64,000 bases of DNA from Raillietiella orientalis. Its lineage: Eukaryota. A program made the position numbers and the translations under genes. Every line of letters starts with the position of its first letter. Positions within the stretch are counted from its first letter, which is position 1. The DNA lies in the NCBI GenBank assembly GCA_036172245.1, contig JAYWIR010000001.1, forward strand, positions 6,572,001 through 6,636,000. Reading direction: 5' to 3'. Positions 23,761-37,360 of the stretch are shown here, piece after piece. A model generated the notes under the pieces. The model had not been told where the DNA came from, searched no databases, and saw only the letters and a list, made by a program, of their open reading frames with translations.

Positions 23761-26700
23761 CAACGGTGATTCACATTAGAAATCATTCTTGGATTCACCG
23801 GGTGAAGAGGAAAGGACGAAAAAGGCTTCTCGTGTTATGAGCGGAAGTCATGTTCGCTGCTTTGCTCAGAATAGCAAACTGTTGAGCAGACTGGAAAGGA
23901 CTCCTCTCCTTGTCCCAACTTCATGACTCCGTTCTTCATGCATTGAGCCATTCAGCCCTGGAACTGTCGTTTCATGTCTAACGTTTCCATAGCCTGAGAA
24001 GAACTGCAGTATGGCCCCCTGTTTCGGATGAATGCCAGTCTGCCCGCGGCCATCACTGCGACCGGCACACGCCAAAAGACTTTCTTTGCTTTGCTTTTCC
24101 TCTGCCCTTTGCTGGAAACAGTTGACTTCCCCCTCGTACTAAAAGACCGTCATGACGTCTCCTTTCCGGTTCTGCTGGTGTTAGCGGTGCTCTTCACAAA
24201 TATCACGTTTAGACCCAATTCAGGATTGCACTGTCAAACCTCAACAGACTTTAGCTTCGAGGAGGACCTTTCTGCTGCATGCCGAGTGGTGCTGCCTAGA
24301 AGGGAAACCGGAGAATGTGAAGAAGGGTGGGGGACCTCAGATCGCATCCGCATCGGAAAGCGTGGATTGTGCAGCTTTTGTCACGGTATGATCTGAAATG
24401 GAAGAAAATAAGTTCTATTTTCCATCAAGACGTTTTCCGAGATTCCTCGTAATACAACCATCATCTCCATGCCAACGCAGCACTGTATACGTGACATCCA
24501 AGAAGGAAATACGAGGTAAGCAAAGTATTCAGCATTCCAGCATGAATTTGTCCTGCATACAAAAGACACTCCGTTGACTTATCGTCTCGGAAGGCCTCTA
24601 TGATATTGAGAACCATTGATGTCGCTTTTGCTTCTTCATCTCATCAACGAACGATTCCGTTGACTGAAGTGAAGATCGATGGAAGTCTTTTCCGCACGTT
24701 GTGGAATGGAAATGTCCCGAACATTCCCACTTTTGTTTCGTCAGCCTCAAAACCAACACATTTATAATACTCATCAATAGACGGTGAGTGTTTACGACCA
24801 CCAATTCGGTAAGAAATTTCGGCGTATCCTTCAAATGCTTTCTGATGAAATAGGAAGGCGCGAATAATCGAAAACCTTTGCCACCGTAAATTGTTGAATG
24901 AAATCAAATAACAAATCATGCCTGTCCGAGACGGTGGCTAATGTGTGTCCACATGAAGCAACATTTTGTGGAAAACTCTGCCATGTCCTAAGAGCAAGTC
25001 TTTGAGGAAGGAAAAAGCCTCTGGACAAATTCAACTATCAACTCCGTTCACTCTCATGTGTACATTCTTCCAAGATCCCTGATGTTGGATGTCACTCTTC
25101 CCAACATAGCCAACGAACCGCTGACTGCCCTACTACGAAGAGTGGATCAAATAAACTGGAATGTGGTGTGGACTTGTTTGCTTCAAAAAATTGGGTCAGC
25201 GGAAAGAACAGCACCCCAGCGCTAACTGTACGCGTGGGCGTTCCATATCGCAAAGATGTGTGATCCCCATAGAAACTGCAAGTCAACTATGCATTTTCAA
25301 AAATGATCAGCAATGTGTAAAAATAGGGAAGGCAACTTTTTGTGGCGCAAGAGTAGGCGAAAGTGCATTTTGGGGGACTTGCAAGCCACTTCAGAGGCAA
25401 TCCGGGCAATCATGAGCTGCCCGAACCGTGAGATGAGAACCTCTGGAACGGATTTCTGTTCGGAAGCATCTCAGGTGCAACAGCATTCCTCTCCCAGGGA
25501 TCCGATTTGGATTTCGGCGCACCACACTTTCTCAGTTCGTTCACCGGGTGGTCGCTTTTACCTGCTGGAAGCCTGAAGCTGATGACACAGGATTGCGAAA
25601 GATGCGTGCTTCCTTTCCATCCGACGCCGACACCTCGGAAACGCTTTTCCATTTCCAAATTCCGATTGCCTTGCGTCAAGATGACGTACGAAGGCGCTGT
25701 TCATAAAATCACCTGCTTACGGGCATCATGATCGAGTGTGTTGGGATGATGATCGAGCCATCAACAGTAACCTGAAAACAAAACAAGAGAGAATCCAATT
25801 TCTACTTGTCACATGCATCTTGGACCGGGAAGGACACTTCGTCGTTTCTGCAGCAACCAACGAACTTGGGGCGTGACGATGCGCAGCAGAGTCGTGTTGT
25901 CACTGAAAAAGACATGATGGCAGGAACAGGAACAGAAATGCACGTCTCCATGGGGAACCATCGCACGTTGCGCACGCGTGCGGTGATGTTATCCGCCAAC
26001 TGCAAACCTCTGGAACTTTCCAAACATTTCTCGTGGTTCTCCGAGTCTGATGAGGCACGCATTTCCCAATCTGGAATTGCTTGTTCGCAGTTGAGCACGC
26101 ACGGAAAGCAAGGAGGGGGACTTTTCGCAGAAATCCATCAAACGGTTCCGTGCAATTCCATATTCTTAAGAAAAGGCAAAAAGACAGTCGAGCTGGTTTA
26201 CTGCGCTGCGAAGCATTAACAACACGACAAGGGAACAGGGCGACATCTTCGTAATTTTGAATTCAATCCTGGAGGTTGTCTTGCAGAGGTACTCTTCATC
26301 ACACCGAATCGTTCTGATGGTCCGCTTTGGGCTTGCGTAGGAAACCTACTTTCCCGGGGATGGCGTACGTTGTCTCGAGTGCGTCTCTGTGGTTGACTTC
26401 ACTTGACCTGACTGCATTGCTCGCACAAGTGTAGCATCCCTCTCTTCATTTTGTGTGCAAGGAATACAAACTTTAGAAAACCCAGTCACATGGTCATCAA
26501 GAGACTTACCTTGCAAAGCTCCTGGAACTTATTAGCGCATGTAATGGATGCGTTGCCAGTTCTCGGCTGTTCCACAGGCGGCGGACCGGCTTTACTTAGC
26601 TGGCTGACCTCGGAGATGGATTCTTGGGTGCTCACCTTTTGCCAACCACTGTCGTTCCGATTTGGAGTGGCAGCATCATTAACGGTTGTGGCGTGGGCTT

Positions 26701-26789
26701 GTGGCAACTGTCTTGCGATCTCCTGGTGCAATCGCAAGTCCGTTTTATTAGGAAATGTTATCTTTCAGCAGTTCAGGAGGCAGAAAAGC

Positions 26790-27060
26790 CTCGTGGTCTT
26801 CGGCCGGGGGAATATTGAAGCTTTACGGGTACACTTGTGTAGGCAGATAGACTGCGGGATTTGCAGACCGGATGAACGGCAGATGGGGCAGTGTCTTCTT
26901 ATAGCAGCCCGGCGTGCCTGCAACAAGTGTCGCTTTAGAGAATGCAAGGATCGGCTCGAGTACGAGGAGTTGGCCTCCCTGTTGCAGTCACTAGACGTCT
27001 TTTCCGTGTGGTTGGGCATCGGGACGACGGACCGAAGCTCGCCAGCCTCCCCGTTGTACC
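26790..27060 (-). mobile_element. Possible N-terminal zinc-finger remnant of an R2/NeSL-type retrotransposon (mirror 60905-61175)
   Basis: VVPMP..DC..SYSSRSLHSLKRHLLQA(R)..HCPICR..ICLHKC resembles the C2H2/CCHC tandem pattern of such elements. No linked RT recognised. Confidence 0.3.
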
Positions 27061-27565
27061 TGACATCGGGAAAGACCGGGTTTCGTCCAGGGTGGGAGTG
27101 GAGATGAACAGTTGCTCGTTATCTACTTCCGAAGTGGACTTGGGACAAGCAGGAGGGAACTAGACTACCTCATAAGCCTTACCACAAGCCACACTCTCTC
27201 TACAGTGTTGACCGTCAAAGAGGCCGTGCCAACGCCTGACCTTCCTTATGTGCGTCGCGAAGATGATCGTTGTGTCTGTGTGTGGTTGATGGATGATTTC
27301 CTCGAGGAACTTCAGAAAGAGAATCCTGTTTGCAGGGAGCTCGCAACTCTGCACTGAGTGAGCATCCATCGAATAAAGGAGAAAGTGAATTTGTTGGGGA
27401 TGGGTTCTGCAAAGGAGGAAGGAAATTTCCATGTATGATGTACCAAGTCATCAGGGAATGGCTGAAGGGTATTCCCATGGGTGGATGCTCCTTGGCTGCT
27501 CAAGCCAGTTCCACCATGTCTGTATGGGATGGGGATGCGAGTGTCAAGACAGGTGTTCCCGAGGA

Positions 27566-27766
27566 GAGCATGAGGGAGCAATCGAATTATCAAAAGACTT
27601 TGATGAAGATGTGGACGCCGTTGCGGTGTGATGGGGAGAGAATGACGCCGCAGCAAAATCTGCAACGGCGACTCCTTGCTAGGAGAGTATTTTCTCCGCA
27701 TCACACCGCAACGGCGTCGACATCTTCATCGAAGTCTTTTGATAATTCGATTGCTCCCTCATGCTC
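27566..27766. repeat. Local inverted repeat: 78-bp arms, 4 mismatches, 45-nt loop (mirror 60199-60399)
   Basis: 27566-27643 (gagcatgagggagcaatcgaattatcaaaagac...) pairs with 27689-27766. Confidence 0.93.
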
Positions 27767-29199
27767 CCTCATGTCATCGTCGGTGTAGTCCAGGCATCGT
27801 ACTTCTTGTGCTCGTGAACGACTCCAGCATGCCGTTGCGGAAGCGCCTTCCTAAGGGAAGAGTTTGAGCACAGGGAGCCATCAAGTGGGAGGCGGTTGAT
27901 AAGCGGTGGCATCGCACTAGGGACAGCGCAGGAGTGTTTTTCCTCAGGACGAGACATGATAGAAGACAGACATTCTTTGCAGCAGATCTGCATATTCGAC
28001 ACCATTACTCAGTGTGTGGTCTCCATGTGCCTCCCGATACGTCTGATTCTGTGGCTATCCCGGACGGCAAGAGATTGGACGAGGGAGTGGATTCGGAGCC
28101 TCTGGAACGCGCAATAACTGTAGGTGGCCATCGAGGATACACGGCAAGAGAGAGTGGGACAATGCTTGTCAATGAGCCACCTCTAGTAAGCAATATATGT
28201 AGCTGTTCACGTTAGTGACAGATATAGTGGGAAGAGCGCGTCAAGTAAGCGAAGGAGAGGAGAGATGGACTTAGCCACACACATAGTTTCGGCCATGAGC
28301 GGCGATAGGGACACATGCTTAACTACGAGTCAGTACACGGCGCCAAGGAGGATAGCCGCGCAAGCAAGTACAAGTCGACAGGCAAAAATACTGAGCACCA
28401 CAACCGGGCGTCTGCTGCGCACGCGTCTTGGATCGCCCAACCCATGAGCGTCACCAGTAACAGCGCCAAGTCACCGGCTCCCGTCTTGCCGATCAAACAC
28501 GCCCTTGGGGAGCCCAGTGCTGCCGACCACAATTTGTGTGTCAGATGGCGTGGCTCCTGCTGGAGTTCCAGAAAGAGCCGTGTCCAGCTCGTATGCGCAG
28601 TAACCATAGCTTCTCTTTTCGACAGACACGCACATTTGAGCTGGGACTGGGCGGGGTGACACGAGAGGGTACTTTTGCAACGGAATCTCAGGAACCCTTG
28701 GGAGTTTTGCCATGAGATCGACATCCCCGAAAAGTACTCAAGCGCAGTTTATCGTCAGCCTGGAATTTTGAAATGTCTCCTATAGGGAATGCCGCAGCGA
28801 GAAGTTCCGAAATAAACATTTCGACCTACGAGCTATCGCCAGCGTGGCAAGTGGAATTGCCTTTCCACAAGGATCTTAGCCAATTCTCTGGAAGGAGATG
28901 TCCATGTGATAGTAATAAATGGGTCGTATGAAATATTACGGGATACACTTCTGTTGGAGTCAAGTGACCATGTTAAGAAAAATTAAACAAAATTACACCA
29001 AATCGTTCGAGAAACGTTTGACAGACGAACCCAAACGTGGGCAACACACTGATAGAATGAAAGAGGAACAGAACCTTGACCTGAACAAGGTCAGAGACCA
29101 TACATGAGATCGACAGCTCGAACTGTCAGTCGAGGGGTCAAAAACAGAAGGAGACCAGAAAGTCCAGCAACGCACCCAGTCCCACGCTTTTCCAGGCGC

Positions 29200-31300
29200 A
29201 AGCCTTCCAGAGGCATCACGTGGACAACTTCTGACGAAGACATCTGCGCCCGACTGATCCAGGAATTTTCATGCGACACCTGGAAAGACGAACGAGTGAA
29301 AACCATCGGAAGATGCTTGAAGAGGAAACCTCCGAAGAAGAATTGAAAGCTGCATTTGTGGAACTTTGCAAGGATGTGGCGGCGGGCCCTGAAAGTGTCC
29401 CCAGCTCTCGCTATCACCAGTACCTGCATGCTTACCGCCGTTTGTTCCAGCAGCTCACGCTCTGCATCCGGCAAGGAGGACGACTCCCTGCATCCCTTCA
29501 CGAGAGCAGGATGAGATTGTTGCCGAAACAAGCTGAACTGACTAAGGTTTCTCAATGGAGGCCAATCCCAATCCTGAAAAGCGATGCCAAGTGGTTAGCA
29601 ATGATCTGGGCTTACCGTTAGGCAATGTCGTGCCGAAGCTCATCTCTCCCGTCCAAACATGCGCGGTGCCCGGACGCCACATGTCGGATAATGTCAAGTG
29701 TGTTCAGGCTAGCACTGGTCTCAGCCGATATGTAGTCGAAAACTTGGTACTGGGTTTCACTGACATGGAGAAAGCTTTCGATACGGTGCAACGTAGGATG
29801 CTGCTGGAGATTCTAGGAACACTGGGCCTCCCGGTACGATTCAGCAGCTACGTGAAGATGAAACTTCAAGAGCAACGCCTTCGGATAAAGATAAACGGAG
29901 AAGAAGAGACAGCAGCCATCCGGATGGAACGAGGATTCAAGGCTCTCATTCGAATGCTGTATGTCATATACATGAAGGCCTTCTCATGATTCATGGAGAG
30001 AAGCGGGCGACTCCGCCGAATCACTGTCGACAATTAGAGGCTTACCCATCTGGCTTACGCGGATGATCTTCTCTTCTTCCTCACAGGGGAGAGAATGGAG
30101 CGTACGATTCTGGATGTGCTGGAGCTTATGGAAGAAGGATAGGGCTTAGAAATCAATGCCCAGAAGAGCCAACTTTTGCCCGTCGGGATCTCTCCATACT
30201 CATGGAGAAATGATTCCGAACGGTGGACAATGCCAAGCACCTGGGTGTCCACATTGCGACAGTTCATCGTCTCAACCATTGTGGAAGGAAATCTCAGGGA
30301 AAACAGTGCAAGAAGGAACGAATTTTCCCCCTTTGGACTTTGGCATGAAGCGGAGGACCAACCTTTGCAACGGAGTACTCCTTCCAAAGATACCCTTCGT
30401 CGCGGCCTTCTGCAGAATGCATAAAAACACCAAAGGAGAGGTAGGAAAGCTACAAAGGAGAACCCTCTGAGGAGGTTATCGACCGAGAGTCCGCCTCAAA
30501 CCACTGTGCCGTCCTAAAGAGGAAGGCGGAACCGGTATGAACTCGCATGCACGCGATGTGGACACCATGGACGTGCGACAACTGCTGGACATGCCGGAGA
30601 ACTGGGAAGACTGGCCGCATACAGCGCACTCCTTGTTGATAAATAACACAAGAGGACTTATGATTGCGCAGCTCAGCCGAGTGGGTGAACGGGGGACCAT
30701 CGACCGAACCTGGAGACGGAAGCAACAGTTGCTAAACAGGCAGCTGAAGATCATACCAAGGAACCAGGAACCCTGGCAGCAGGCATCCATCCTGCTAATT
30801 CCGTGGATGCTCCCGAAATCTCCGGATACGAGGACATGGATCTACCAGCGGTAAAGGGTTACCTTGCAAGCAGCTGAAGCATGAAAACGAGTAGAGTACC
30901 TTCACCATCCCCGAGTACTCCCATACATTCGCAGGATAGCTGCAAGATTCACCCACAGGACCCGCAAAGTGCGGAAAAAACCACAACAACTTCTTGTGGT
31001 CGAGGGTAAAAAAGAGAAACCTATGCCGACTAATAGTCGAAGAGGAAAAAGACACCAGTGCCCTCCGAGAAGCCACGGATCGCCACGGTAGTGCTGGGAT
31101 AAACCTGTTGACGATGGGAACGACGCTCTGGAAGAGAGACTTGTCACCGGATACACAGGATAACCTCCCGATTTTTTATCATGGTGGAATCCTGTGCGGG
31201 ACAGCCATGAAGCCTTTCGCGGGAAGAAGAGTAGATGAGGACAGCAAAGCATGTGCAGACAAGGATACAAGACTTCACGACGTCACCTGTCCCTTTAAGA
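29200..31300 (+). mobile_element. Degenerate L1/Tx1-clade non-LTR retrotransposon ORF2 (RT, thumb, C-terminal Zn-finger remnant), family A
   Basis: Colinear motifs across frameshifts and stops: EEELKAAF..AAGPE, LLPKQ..WRPIPILKSDAKWLA, ISPVQTCAVPGR, DMEKAFDTV, HLAYADDLL (~30050), GLEINAQKS, LCRPKEEGGTG (~30505), HGGILCG..ACADKDTRLHDVTC (~31180-31290). Confidence 0.92.
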
Positions 31301-31747
31301 GAGGCACACCCTCAAAAGGGCAAACGGGATGCCCACCACATCGAAAATGAGAATTTTAGCAGGCATCTTCCGAGGAAATGGGAACGTTCCCTGCTACAAT
31401 CCCGTGGTAAGGATGACCATCGCCCTCTTCATCACCGCCATCCATGTACGGAGGTGAAAGATGAAGACCACCGACACCGCAGTATCTCCAATGGAAATCC
31501 TAAAAGGGATCATCCAGAAGCACATCGGAATAAGAAACTGTGGAAGAGTACAGGGCTGGAACGACCGGCACATCCTGAGAAGGATTAAGTCCAATGTCTA
31601 AGCAGAAACGACGCCCAGTTCCCCAAGTGTAGTGAATGATCCCAGGACACATAAGTGAAATAATTGAGCAAACGAATGCACGAATACCTAGAGTGAATAT
31701 CAAATAAGATAAATTCACCTACTTCTTGTGGGACTTGGGAAAACACG

Positions 31748-31903
31748 TAATATGATTATTGCCATAGTATTGGATATGATAGAGGGGAAGGAGTTGAAAA
31801 TAATGGAAATTATTAGGAATATTGAGGATGAAACTGCTTGGATTAGGAAGTATTTTATTGTGGAATGTGTTGATGAGGCAGTGGTGGGGGTTGCGATAAT
31901 GGG
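31748..31903 (-). pseudogene. nad2: NUMT: N-terminal part of mitochondrial nad2
   Basis: PIIATPTTASSTHST(I/M)KYFLIQAVSSS(I/M)FL matches the ND2 KYFLxQAxxS motif. Same G-poor strand skew. Confidence 0.75.
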
Positions 31904-32169
31904 ACATATGAACGAATCCAGTAAACACACCAAAGATGATGACCTGGATAGCAGAAACGATGGAATTAAACCCAAAAAACTAACACAAATGGAAACTCTC
32001 GATATACATGAGACTGGAATGCACAGGAAGTGGATCAAAGCCAGCTGGAGTCGTCCTCAACATCATTTGGAGGATTACAACGATTTCTGAGAGAAATACT
32101 TTTTGAAGCTACATTAGATGGGGCGATTTCGATCACCTTGGCAAGAAATATGGGGCAACGTGGGTGAGT

Positions 32170-32650
32170 CACCAGGGAGCCGTTCTCCTCTGGCGTTGCC
32201 TGTGGCTGCCGTATTCTCTCGTGGACGCCGAGGAGACGCACAAGATGCGCTGGTGGGGATGCGTGTCATTGAATTGGGCTTTGATTGTGACCGTGAGGTT
32301 GACCCATGCGATCGTGGGTGCATAACGTTCCCACAGTTGTTGCAGGGAAGCACAGTCCACAAGCGGTTGCAGGAAGGGTTCACGTTCCCCGCATACGACT
32401 CAGTTTAGATCCACACATTCCCAGATCCAGTGTTGTCCTCAGGCGATGCATGAAAGTCCCCACATGACATCAAAAACTCCTATTCCCACCACACGTAAGA
32501 AAGCGTGCAGTTGCCCAGGAACAACGAATAGTATTCGATATCTTGACGGGAAATTCAGATGAGTGCACCCCAACCAAGAATGCTTCTTGATGGGGGATTG
32601 GGGGATTCGGCGCCAGAGCTGCTCTGTGGTCTGTTGTCCTATACCTGGAG
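32170..32650 (-). mobile_element. Family B-like LINE C-terminal fragment (mirror at 55315-55795, +)
   Basis: QHWIWECVDLN*VVCGEREPFLQPLVDCASLQQLW aligns with FHWTSGSVDADCTECEERKTFLHLLIECVALR. Confidence 0.6.
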
Positions 32651-35600
32651 GTGATTTCGCCGATTACTTACTATTTTTCTGAAAAGCTCCCACCAATAAC
32701 CTCCTTCAGGTTTGCTCGCGGTGACGCCCATTCCTCATTAAGGTGTCTAAAGGAAGTACACAACAAGGGTTCACGGACACGTCCGACGTCACGGACACGA
32801 TTTCCTGAACGTCCAGAGCGGAACGAGAAGCATAGAAAACAAACAAATCAATAAGAGGCAGAGTAAGGATGTCTGACTTTAGCCATTTGTTTACGTAACA
32901 CCGATAAAAGTCTAGAACGGTTCAGAGATTGAGGTGAACGATTGTATGAAAAGGAAGGAGGACCAAGGGTCACCGGCAACGTTCTTTTCTTTCCTTCCAA
33001 AGCGGTGCAATATATCGACAATCTTCTCCTGAACTTTCACGTCCACGTGAGGCGATCTGGCATCCGCTTTCACGTGGACAACTGCGGTGCTGCTTGGGGC
33101 CTCCGTTCTCTTCGCCCGAGACTCCAGCAAAAAGGAAACAAAGCCGAAACGAAGGCACGGATGCGAAAGGTCGTCGCCTTCACGGAGTTTGTCGTCGCTG
33201 CATTTCTCGCAAAGAATCGCCGCAGCATGTTGGGCGCAGTGTATCTGATATACGGTCGGACAGAGTTAAGACAACGCCAAAGTTAGTGGAAGGCACTGCA
33301 GTACAACAAGAGCTGCAAAAACGTCTGAATCGCCGCGCACTCCAAAAAGTTGGAGGACACGACGCCCTTGGAAATCCGATTCCCACGCTGGTTGCAACGG
33401 AAAACTTCATGCAGGAGGACTTGCTTCTACTTCAGCGGGAACACGGAAGTGTCCATACACAGAGCAGGGAGAACAACTTCGTCGTCGGCCACCCTGAGCA
33501 ATTCGCTGCATGATGCTGCTGTTTGGAAGCTCCCTGTGAGGTGCAGTGGCAGAGTCTGCCAGTTCACTGTCTGTCTATCAGGCCGCCCAGGAGTTTTCTT
33601 TTTTTCTGCAATGATGCGGGACAACAACCTGGTTCCTGAGGATGCGCAAGGGGGAACGCGTTCTATAGTCCAGGAAGGCGTGAAACGCGTACCATTCAAC
33701 AAAAACCTCCGTAGGCAACACGCGCTGCACGTGCTTTGCACTTGTGAAAGCTGGCATGGAAAAAATCGACCTGGCTGTCCTGAAATGAATATGCGCGTAT
33801 TCGTGCCTGCACGAATGTGTGGACTTTGGAGACCAGCGGACCCCTCTGTAAAATGCACATGCATCTCAGATTCCTTCTAACCGGGCTGCAGCGTGTTGTT
33901 TACTGCAAACAAATAAGGTACGAAGGCTGTGGTAGGACTGTCGCTCTACCACTTCCACTGGTTGTGGATAAGGAACTCAAAGGAAACCGGTGCGCTGGCT
34001 GGCTGTCGAGGCAGCAGTAGGCAGGTAGCAAACAAAACGAAAAATAGAATATGGAAAATGAGATAACAAGAAATAGAAAGACATTCTAGGCCGCCTAGGA
34101 ATGGGGCACTCCATGCATAGGGACGTCCTTTACGTGCTTCTAAAGATGCCTGCCAGCTCAAGCAGCATAATTTCCAGGTGCGTCCATCTCCATGCTATCC
34201 TGAACAAAGTGACTGCAAAAGGGATCGCATAATTGTCGTTGTCTCGTCTCACGTCTGTGCTCAGGAAAGCCACAGTCTCTCGTAGGCAAGAGAGGGCTGC
34301 TAGGAACTGGGCTGGAAATAGGGAATCTCGTAAGAACAGGGCTTTCGTGACGAAACGATTCCGGCATAAACGTGAAGACTCCAAAGTGTCCTAGCAAAAC
34401 TCCCCCAGAGGAGCCGGACGGCACGAATTCACAAGTACTTGCGGAAAAGATTTCCATCGTCGACCCATGCCACACTTTGAGCTCACAAAACTATTCGGGA
34501 TCAGTGATGTTTGCGATCGTTGCTTGGAATGCTCCAGCGCAGCCGCAGAAGCGTCGGTTCCTGCCAATTGCAATTTACCTACCGAGGGTGTGAGTGTTCG
34601 AGCAGATCATCCGAGCTCATAATTTTTGTAGTTGGAGCACTTGAGGTGACAGCATCAGTCAGTCAGCTTACCCGTGGTGCAGCCACCTAACGCTTTCCTT
34701 GTGGATTAGTCCGCAAGCGACCTCGCATATCGTTTGAAAGCTGCTGCCATTCTTATGCATCAGAAAGGCAGCGCAGCTGCAACGGAGATTTACTCTGCCT
34801 ACGCTCTCCTGCTGTGTCGGTTCACGATTTCTTCGAGAAAGCAGCCGCTGTGGGATGAGCAGTGCAAGCGCTACGATCCCATTGAAATGGGTTTTGAAAT
34901 CCCCGCGCACGTGAGAACGGTTTCCTGCAACCAGGCACCGCCTGCAGCGTCGATGCGGCAGCAGAGAATGGAACTGTAGTTTTTAGTCAGTGCAGGAAGT
35001 TGGCGTAAGATCAGCGCAAAGTTCCTGACAAGTCGTCGGCGTCTTCCAACGTTGCAGGAGAGTCCCTCACGGAAGGCCGCTCTTTTGAGGAGGATGCGTG
35101 AGGTGCACGCCAACGGGTGATGCAGTTTTTCGCCAATGGGGACAATGTTCCTCACTCGAGCGGTGGCTCCAACTTCGGACTACGAGCACTCATATTGCGG
35201 TACGTGCGAATGCTGCTCTCCATTCGTAGCGCCAGGGAACAAGCCCATGACCTGAAGACGGGAAGCAGCAAAGGAAGTGGAGCAGCAACCGAGCACGTAT
35301 ACGGAATGCCGCGACTCACCCGAGGAAGAAGGCTGCTGGGAGTACCATTTCCTAATGAAAAGGCGTAACAAAAGGACTTCGATGGACGATCTGTGGACAC
35401 TCTCCGTGATGATGTACCATGCGACTGAGACTCTCAATCGCGGTTTCTTCCGGAAAATTCATTTGTATAAAAACCGCAGTACTTTAAACGAGGAACGAAC
35501 CGAAACTTGCTGAGAGGTCTGCTGTGTTTCGAGGGCCCCGAAAATACAAAAGTCCAGAAGAGCAATGGGTAAGCGCACGGAGACTCCAGCATCTTTTGTG

Positions 35601-37360
35601 AAGCTACCTTAAAGGCACAAGACATCTCTACTGGGATTTCTTCCGAGATGTTTGCACATGCGGGCTCTTTCCGAAGTGAGATAGCAATGCCACTATCCCT
35701 TCTTCGCTGCTTTTCAGGATCGATCGACCCTTTCATGGTCCTCGATACACGTAACCAACGTCTTCTACCTACAGATAAGGACCGACTCATTGCGTGCAAC
35801 ACCGCTTTCTTTTCCAGGAAATCCTGCTTTCGTAAACTCTTCCTCACATGGTAGGAACATCATGCATCTGAACATGCGTACATCTTAATCAACATACGAT
35901 CATTCGAAGTAGAAAAGTCATCCTTTTCGGTCCAAGCAGAAATCTGAAACAAGAATCGCAGATTTATACCGATCCGAGACATCTCCGTGGATCACCGCGT
36001 CTCAGTTTCCATGATTCAGAATTCACAGATCAGTAAGAGAATACCAATAACTCCTCCAGTAATTATAACTACAACCGATTCGTGAATGAAGCAACGAAAT
36101 TCTACAATGAGTAACCGAACATTGACTATCTTCTCCTACTTCACCATTCATTACAATCACTATGATATCGTAGGAGCACATACCACCATCATCCACCTCG
36201 ACCTACACTCATTCGACGAGAATGCAACCACAATAAGCAATTATTCTTTTTCCTCCCATTCCATCACTCTACCTCTACGCTTCCTATTTCACATTTGTAC
36301 ACCCATCGCCATTGTACTGTCATACGAAAAGAGTGGTCCTTTTCTATTCTACACCATTCTTGCTATCAGCTTGCAAACATCACAATCTTTAGATACAAAC
36401 TGTCGCCTGGATAAGATGTACAAAACCCTATGAGCGACGCACTCCGTGAACACCTCCATCATCACTGCTTAGGTGTTCGCTTTCCTACCCTAAGCTCTGC
36501 CAATATGGGTCTCTACGCTACAGTTTTTCCCCATTTATCGTAGCCCATCACAGCGCCTTTCTCGTCTTCCTGAACACAAAGGCCCAATATCCGCATACCA
36601 TTGCATAGCCGCCCTCGAGACCATGAGATTCCTGAATCAAGCAACGTCCCTTTCCCGGCCACTTGAGGGCAGCGTCGCCGGCGAGCAAACTCACGTTATT
36701 GCATTTTCAAATTGTGTCCTCCCCTTCCTGCTCTCCATCCCCCTTTTCATTTCCGAACTCTCCACAGCCCTTATTCGAGCTCACTCCCTCGTTAGGACAA
36801 TACAAATGGGCAGTTGCAGTCCACCAGCCATTTTATCGGCACTCTTTCGCACGAGCGTTCCCCATTTGTCTTTCACATCCGTAACTCCTTGCATTGGTTG
36901 CCATTTGAGCAGAAAGAGACTCCTCTCATACCCTTCTTCGATTAAATAGGGGGCGCGAGTCTCAAAAGAATTCGGTGCAGGGCAGGTACGAACAGGGAAA
37001 GCGTTTCCGCTGGCGTCCACTCAACGAACACAATACCGACGTAGAAATTGCCTCCAATCGTGCTCATCCTCGCAGAAATCTTTGCGTTCGTCTTCTCCTG
37101 AGCCTTGCTCCCCGCACTACCAAAGGTTGGTATTGAAATCCAGACTTTGATCACCTGCTTTTAGCGATCTTCACCATTTGCTGGAAAAGTTCTTTCTGGA
37201 ATACTGCGCTTTCTTTAAGATCAGGAAATTCGCTTACATGAACACATCTTGGAAAAAACACAAAAACTTCCCCTGCAACAATTATCCTATTTTCCAAAGA
37301 TAGGTCAGGTACCTACCGAACCTCACCTAACTTCCCCACCTATCGTAAGCAGCACAGGCC

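Noticed and set aside
31728-32090. 120-aa + strand ORF with IMGHMN resembling the endonuclease GDFN motif
   Set aside because: It is largely the antisense of the nad2-like NUMT (KYFLIQA) and lacks the other endonuclease motifs.
37300-37345. CCTAA/TTAGG-like motifs suggesting telomeric repeat or MITE end
   Set aside because: Only two or three degenerate units, with no array or matching terminal partner.
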